A stretch of 64,000 nt of DNA, taken from assembly GCA_963827235.1 (NCBI GenBank), contig CAWHAE010000012.1:128001-192000 (forward strand), given 5' to 3'. The translations under genes were made by a program, and so were the position numbers. The notes beneath the pieces are model-generated. The model saw nothing but the letters and a program-made list of their open reading frames with translations, made no database searches and had not been told where the DNA came from. Shown here piece after piece: positions 59,110 to 64,000 of the stretch; position 1 is the first letter of the stretch, and each line of letters begins with the position of its first letter. Origin of the DNA: an uncultured bacterium. GTDB taxonomy: Bacteria; Chloroflexota; UBA5177; JANWHV01.

Positions 59110-59438
59110 AGGTCCGCGGTTGGATCGGTCCTCGGTGCCGGCTCGCCGAACAGAACGGGGAAATCCTCGGCTTGTTGTCTGCGCGCGTCCGTGTCGGCGA
59201 AGGGCTGGCCGTGATCCCGGCAGACGAGCGGTATCTGCGAATCGACGAGCACTTCGTGGTGCCTGAGCAGCGCGATATGGGTCCGGGCGGCCGGTTACTC
59301 GACCGCGTGATCGCCGAAGCGGCGGAGCAAGGGGTCCATCGAGGCCCGGTCTACTCAGCAGCCGGGCAGTGGCAGCGCATCATCAGCTTCTATGAGCGCC
59401 ACAGTTGCAAGATGTGGTGCGTGAAGCCGCGCCGCTGA
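59110..59438 (+). pseudogene. GNAT acetyltransferase remnant
   Basis: LAEQNGEILG...IDEHFVVPEQRDMGPGGRLL...FYERH; degenerate motif A and no credible start. Confidence 0.55.
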
Positions 59439-59520
59439 GGGCCGGGCAGCGGGCGAGACGGGGGCAACCCACGCGCCACGGCGACGAGCCCGGCTTCTGC
59501 CGGCAGCCCGTGGCGGCGTG

Positions 59521-60105
59521 CTACCGGGCGCCCGGATCGACCCAGCGAGGATTGTCCACGATCGCCGGCGCCCCCTCCCGCTCGACCACGAGCTTGCGGA
59601 AACCCTGCCGCTCAATGCTGCCGTAGTCGTGGCCGGCATCAGCCGGATAGGCAAAGAACATGACCAGATCGGCGTCGCCCACGTTGACGGACCGGTGGGC
59701 CCAACGAGGTGGAACGTAGAGAATGGTGCCTTCGCTCATCGGCTCGACCGCCCACTCCCCTTCCGGGGTTTCCATGACCATGAAGCCCCGGCCGCCCAGG
59801 CAATGGTAGACCTCGGCCGTCTCCAGCACGGCGTGAAAGTGTCCCTTGGTCATGAAGTACTCGGCGCCCACTTTGCCCGGGTGCACGATCGAGACGCCGT
59901 GCGGTAGCTCCCCGGCTACCGGCGGGCGCTCGAGCTCGAACACCTCGTAGAGCACCACGTCGGCCGCTTGCAGCATCGCCGCATAGGCACTCTGATCCGC
60001 GTACTGCCCCCGCATCGAGGACAGCCGGCGCTCGATGCGGCGCGCGGTCCGGCTTGGCCGGCCTTCGGGCAGCGCAATACTGAAGCCGTAGGGTCTGTCG
60101 ATCAT
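59521..60105 (-). CDS. Cupin-type (archaeal-like) glucose-6-phosphate isomerase family protein
   Basis: PGKVGAEYFMTKGHFH...EVY...YVPPRWAHRSVN...AGHDYG; GGGAG RBS. Confidence 0.9.
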   Translation of the reverse strand: MIDRPYGFSIALPEGRPSRTARRIERRLSSMRGQYADQSAYAAMLQAADVVLYEVFELERPPVAGELPHGVSIVHPGKVGAEYFMTKGHFHAVLETAEVYHCLGGRGFMVMETPEGEWAVEPMSEGTILYVPPRWAHRSVNVGDADLVMFFAYPADAGHDYGSIERQGFRKLVVEREGAPAIVDNPRWVDPGAR

Positions 60106-60127
60106 CGTTATCTCCCGGGTCTGCGAT

Positions 60128-60931
60128 TCAACCATCAGTATCGGCCTGCGCGGCGCGCGGCGCCGGCGCCGCGGGCACACCATCCAGGCCAGCCACCACT
60201 TCGATCTCGAACTTGCTGCGATCCCCGCGATGCCAGGCCACATAGTATTCGAGGGGCCTGCCGTCCTGCAGATAGCTCACGCTTTCCATGCGGAAGAGCG
60301 GAGCGCCCTTGTTGACGCCCAGCAACGCGCTGATCGGCCGCTGCGCGGCCACGGCCTCCAGCACTCGTACGCCGGAGAAGACGGCCAGGCCGTAGCGCGT
60401 GCGCAGCAGCTCGTAGAGCGATCCCGCCGTGAGGTCCGCCGCGGCGAGGTCCGGGCAAAGATCGCAGGGAATGTAGGTGGTGACGAGCTGCATCGGCTCG
60501 TCGTCCACGAAGCGCAGACGCTCGATCTTGATCGTGGGGCTGCGCTCGGCCAGCCGAAGATGGTCCCGAACGTTCGGCGGCGCTTCCACGACGCGCTGCT
60601 CCAGTACGGAGGATCGCACGGAAAAGCCCCGGCCCGTCATCTCGCGGTAGAAGCCGTCCGACCGCTGGATGAATCGCTCCTTCAGCTTGGCGGGCGTGAC
60701 GAACGTGCCTTTGCCCTTCACGCGGTAGAGCAGACCCTTGGTGACGAGCTCGCCGAGCGCCTGCCGCACCACGGTGCGGCTGACGCTGAACGTGCGGCAG
60801 AGCTCGTGCTCGGACGGAATGGCGGCGTTCGGCGGCCACGATCCTGCTTGGATCTCGCTTTGCAGCACCTGTATGAGCTGATAGTAGTAGGGTATGGGAA
60901 CGTCTCGGCGGATTGACACTTCGACCGGCAT
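60128..60931 (-). CDS. GntR (HutC/UTRA) family regulator
   Basis: PYYYQL, IPSEHEL...VSRTVVRQAL...GKGTFV; UTRA C-terminus. Confidence 0.93.
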   Translation of the reverse strand: MPVEVSIRRDVPIPYYYQLIQVLQSEIQAGSWPPNAAIPSEHELCRTFSVSRTVVRQALGELVTKGLLYRVKGKGTFVTPAKLKERFIQRSDGFYREMTGRGFSVRSSVLEQRVVEAPPNVRDHLRLAERSPTIKIERLRFVDDEPMQLVTTYIPCDLCPDLAAADLTAGSLYELLRTRYGLAVFSGVRVLEAVAAQRPISALLGVNKGAPLFRMESVSYLQDGRPLEYYVAWHRGDRSKFEIEVVAGLDGVPAAPAPRAAQADTDG

Positions 60932-60948
60932 GGGATCGTGCCTCGCAA

Positions 60949-61014
60949 CCTGTAATGACAAGAGTGCAGAGCCTGTCTAGGCCAGATTATATGGACCTGC
61001 CGGTCGCGCGTCAA
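60949..61014 (-). promoter_or_regulatory. Near-consensus sigma70 promoter with two downstream GntR/HutC-type operators
   Basis: TTGACG-N17-TATAAT (61014 to 60986); operator-like CCTGTCTAGGCCAG (60972-60985) and CCTGTAATGACAAG (60949-60962). Confidence 0.7.
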
Positions 61015-61145
61015 TCGGCGGACCCCGCGGATGGCCCGCGGCCCGCTATCTCCCACGAGTACCGGCCCAGTTATCGTTCGACAAGCCTTCCCCTGCTCGA
61101 GCAGCCGCGGGCCGGACACCGCCGCTCCCTGTTGCCGGCGAGCCT

Positions 61146-62108
61146 CTACACGGACGGCGCGGACGGCGTGTTTGTCGGCAAGGCGGGCCGGGCGAAGGTC
61201 GCGGCCCGCGACAGCTCGCTGAGCTCGTGAGCCGAGATCCGGCGGTCGAATACCTCTTCGATCACGCAGGTCCAGCCGTAGATGAAGTATTGCCAGCCAT
61301 CCTCCACGCGCACGCCGCGCGTTTGCCGCTGCGACCAGGCCTGGTAGAGGAAGGGCAGCTCGCCCCGATAGTTGAGCTCCCAAGCGATGCCCTGCTCGGG
61401 GAACCGCGAATCGTCGGTCACCGGCGAGCCGGGCGTATCTTTCCCCATGCCCGTGGCGTTGATCACCAGCGATCCGGGCGGCATCCTGTCGACCAGCCGA
61501 TCGTTGTCCCGAGGATCGGCGCTCTGCACGTACTCCACGGCGACGTCGGAGTCGATCTGCCCGTGCAAGGCCCCCAGCGTCGCCAACCGGCCCGCACTCC
61601 TGTTTGTGACGATGATCCTGGCCGGCCGATCGCCCGGCTGTGGGCGTGACATCAGGTGCAGTGTGATCGCCACCCCCGAGCCGCCGGCGCCAAAGCAGAG
61701 CACGTGGCCCCCCGTCCTGGCGAAATAACCGCTGCCGAGAATGTCTTCGAGTGAATGTCCGGCCGAGATGGGGTCCTTGGCCCAACCGAGCAGGCGCCCA
61801 TCGCGCTTGGCCAGGCACGAGACCTCGTTGCACAGCCGGGCGTAGTGATCCGCATCGTCGAACAGATCGCGGCTGGCCTGAAACAGGTCGAGCTTGTGCG
61901 TTGTCACCAGCGCGCCGAGCTTGTCGGGGTCATCCTTGAGCTGCCGCACCGCCTCCCGGTACTGCTCGGCCGGCGCGTGAATGGGAAAGTCCCAGCCGGC
62001 CAGCTCGACGTCGCCGCCCAGCCCCAGCAGGTCCCGCCAGCGAGGAAAGATCTGCATCATGGACGATTTGGTGGTGGTCACGCCGAAGAAGATGAACTGC
62101 CGGCTCAT
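61146..62108 (-). CDS. Shikimate dehydrogenase-like oxidoreductase
   Basis: FFGVTT, LVTTHK, GAGGS, NRS, INATGMG, ELNY; ATGA overlap with the upstream gene. Confidence 0.8.
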   Translation of the reverse strand: MSRQFIFFGVTTTKSSMMQIFPRWRDLLGLGGDVELAGWDFPIHAPAEQYREAVRQLKDDPDKLGALVTTHKLDLFQASRDLFDDADHYARLCNEVSCLAKRDGRLLGWAKDPISAGHSLEDILGSGYFARTGGHVLCFGAGGSGVAITLHLMSRPQPGDRPARIIVTNRSAGRLATLGALHGQIDSDVAVEYVQSADPRDNDRLVDRMPPGSLVINATGMGKDTPGSPVTDDSRFPEQGIAWELNYRGELPFLYQAWSQRQTRGVRVEDGWQYFIYGWTCVIEEVFDRRISAHELSELSRAATFARPALPTNTPSAPSV

Positions 62109-63115
62109 GGTGCATTCTCCATTCGCAAAGCCACGGCATGCAGCGGCGGCCGGCCTGCCAGCACGGTCAGCAGATCCTGCAGAGCGCCTCGCCCCATCGC
62201 CGCCGTGGCCTCCGCCGTGTGGGCCCCTATGTGCGGGGTGACGATCACGTCCTCGCGATGCAGCAAGGGGTTGTCGGGCGACGGCGGCTCTTCGCGCCAT
62301 GCGTCGAGCGCGGCACCCCCCAGGCGTCCTGAATCGAGCGCCCACACCAGATCCGCTTCCACGACGAGCTCGCCGCGCGCCGTATTCACCAAGAAGGCCC
62401 CCTCGCGAGCCAGCGACAGCAGCTCGCGGTTCACGATCCCGCGCGTCTGATCGGTGAGCGGAGCGTGCAGGCTGAGTATGTGTGCTTCGGAGACGACCTC
62501 GTGCAACGAAGCCAGGCGGATGTGGTGCGACGCGGCGTAGGCACGGTCGGCAAACGGATCGTAGGCGATCACGGCGCAGCCCAGGGCCTCGGCCCTGCGA
62601 GCCACGGCCCGTCCGATACGGCCCAGCCCGATCAGGCCGACGGTCTTGCCGGCCACCTCGGTCCCCTTCGCGCCCTTCCAGCGTCCGGCGCGCGCGGCGC
62701 GATCTGCCTTGCTGATCGACCGCGTCAGATCGAACATCAGGCCGATCGCCAGCTCCGCCACCGACTCGGTGTTGGCGTCGGGCGTGTTGGTCACCACCAC
62801 GCCGTGCTCGGCAGCGGATCTGAGATCCACGTTGCTCGTCCCCGTACCGTAGCGGGCGACGACTCGCAGCCGGGGAGCGGCGGCGAACACGCCGGCGTCG
62901 ATCTCGTCGAGGCCGGCAAGAAGCCCGTCGACCTCCGCGATCTCGGCCTGCAGCTCCACGGCCTTCAGAGGCCGGCCTCGATCGTTGTACCGCACCTGCC
63001 CGACCGCGGCTTCCAGCTCCCGGCGCAGTGCCGGATCGTCCGCGCCGAAAGAGCGCGGCGTCACCAGCACGACACACTGCTCGAGCGCCCGGCTTGGCTG
63101 ATTGCTCATCTGCAT
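62105..63115 (-). CDS. D-2-hydroxyacid/phosphoglycerate dehydrogenase-like protein
   Basis: ARYGTG, GLGRIG, LHAPL, NTARG, TPHIG. Confidence 0.92.
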   Translation of the reverse strand: MQMSNQPSRALEQCVVLVTPRSFGADDPALRRELEAAVGQVRYNDRGRPLKAVELQAEIAEVDGLLAGLDEIDAGVFAAAPRLRVVARYGTGTSNVDLRSAAEHGVVVTNTPDANTESVAELAIGLMFDLTRSISKADRAARAGRWKGAKGTEVAGKTVGLIGLGRIGRAVARRAEALGCAVIAYDPFADRAYAASHHIRLASLHEVVSEAHILSLHAPLTDQTRGIVNRELLSLAREGAFLVNTARGELVVEADLVWALDSGRLGGAALDAWREEPPSPDNPLLHREDVIVTPHIGAHTAEATAAMGRGALQDLLTVLAGRPPLHAVALRMENAP

Positions 63116-63164
63116 ACATTCCCCGACTCAATGCGCGGCCGGAGCGTTCCCTCCCCGGCGGCGC

Positions 63165-64000
63165 TCATTCAACGTCTCCCTGCGGTTCGAACACGATCTT
63201 CAGACCTCGGCCCGACCCGGCCAGCTCCAGCGCCTCGCCGAACGCGGCGAGCGGGTAGCGGGCGCTGATCAAGGGGGCCAGGTCAATCTGGCCGCCGGCC
63301 ACCAGCGCGAGCGCCTGCCGGCAATCCTCCGTGGTGTTTGCCGTGGTGCCGGTGACGGTAAGCTCCCTGTAGTGGATGAGGTTCGCGTCGATGGTAATCC
63401 GCGACCGATCGCGAGGCAGCCCGCCGAAGAAGTTGACGTGCCCGCCCACCGCAGCCACTTCGAGCGCCTGTACCTGGGCCTGCGGCACCGGAGTAGCCAC
63501 GATGACGGCGTCTGCTCCGGCGCCGCCGGAAAGCTCTGCCACCAGCTCGGGCAGATCCTCGCTCGTGGGGTCGATCACGTGATCCGCGCCCCAGCTCGCG
63601 GCCTCCGCCCTGCGCCTGGCACTGGGCTCGCTCACCACGATCGCGCGCGGGCCGCGCAGCTTCGCAACCCGTAGGTGCAGCAATCCAATCGGCCCGGCGC
63701 CCGCGATGAGCACCACCTGGCCGGCTGTGATGTTGCATGCTCGCGACCCTCGCAACACGCAGGCCAGCGGCTCCACGAGCGCAAGCACGCCGAAATCCTG
63801 GCCGTCCGGGACGGCCAGCACGTTACCCTGTTCGATCAGGGCCGCGGGGAGCAGGACGTACTCGGCAAAGCCGCCGTCCAGCGTGATGCCGAGTGCCGTG
63901 GGCGTCGCGCAAAGGTTCACCCTGCCGGCCCGGCAGGCCGCGCAACGACCGCAGCCGATGTTCGGTGCCACGAACACCGGCGAGCCCTCGACAGGCTCCA
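63165..64000 (-). CDS. Zn-dependent (sorbitol/threonine DH-like) alcohol dehydrogenase; N-terminus lies beyond the window
   Basis: CGRCAAC...C structural Zn site, GGFAEY, EPLAC, GAGPIG. Confidence 0.92.
   Translation of the reverse strand, partial: EPVEGSPVFVAPNIGCGRCAACRAGRVNLCATPTALGITLDGGFAEYVLLPAALIEQGNVLAVPDGQDFGVLALVEPLACVLRGSRACNITAGQVVLIAGAGPIGLLHLRVAKLRGPRAIVVSEPSARRRAEAASWGADHVIDPTSEDLPELVAELSGGAGADAVIVATPVPQAQVQALEVAAVGGHVNFFGGLPRDRSRITIDANLIHYRELTVTGTTANTTEDCRQALALVAGGQIDLAPLISARYPLAAFGEALELAGSGRGLKIVFEPQGDVE

Noticed and set aside
61146-63131. 661-aa ORF as a dehydrogenase fusion
   Set aside because: N-terminal half is an alternate frame of the 2-hydroxyacid DH gene; the real start is the ATG at 62108
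1-64000. Many long overlapping antisense or alternate-frame ORFs (e.g. 14046-15899, 18657-20141, 55041-56615, 57604-59052)
   Set aside because: Shadow ORFs expected at high GC; Arg/Ala/Pro-rich, without motifs, and overlapping well-supported genes
1-64000. CRISPR arrays, tRNA/rRNA genes, intact transposases or integrases, phage genes
   Set aside because: No repeat-spacer periodicity, cloverleaf or recognisable motifs seen by eye; an Infernal/tRNAscan run would be needed to exclude them fully

Overview
High-GC bacterial chromosomal segment. The gene content suggests a soil Chloroflexota-like organism, but this is inference only. I saw no rRNA, tRNA, CRISPR array, phage gene or intact transposase. 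About 40 intact genes encode transport/regulator pairs, two-component systems, glycoside hydrolases (GH15-like, GH106-like, GH127), tandem GT39/ArnT-like glycosyltransferases, fabF, coaA, fdhA and the end of a sugar/polyol catabolic cluster with a cupin phosphoglucose isomerase, interspersed with many gene remnants. The standout is a co-oriented minus-strand signalling block at about 10.0-18.0 kb: a vWA-PP2C-membrane Ser/Thr kinase (TerY-P/YegLKI-like) triad, then a Zn-ribbon Ser/Thr receptor kinase fused to an intact PstS phosphate-binding domain, then a stand-alone LuxR HTH gene, with 11-bp-period PhoB/OmpR-type repeat arrays in the intergenic regions. Also found: a 100-bp MITE with a 5-bp target duplication sitting in a REP-like hairpin, a LacI/ABC-permease deletion scar, and an identical 16-bp operator-like word at two promoters 34 kb apart. 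All product calls come from motif recognition; no database searches were run.
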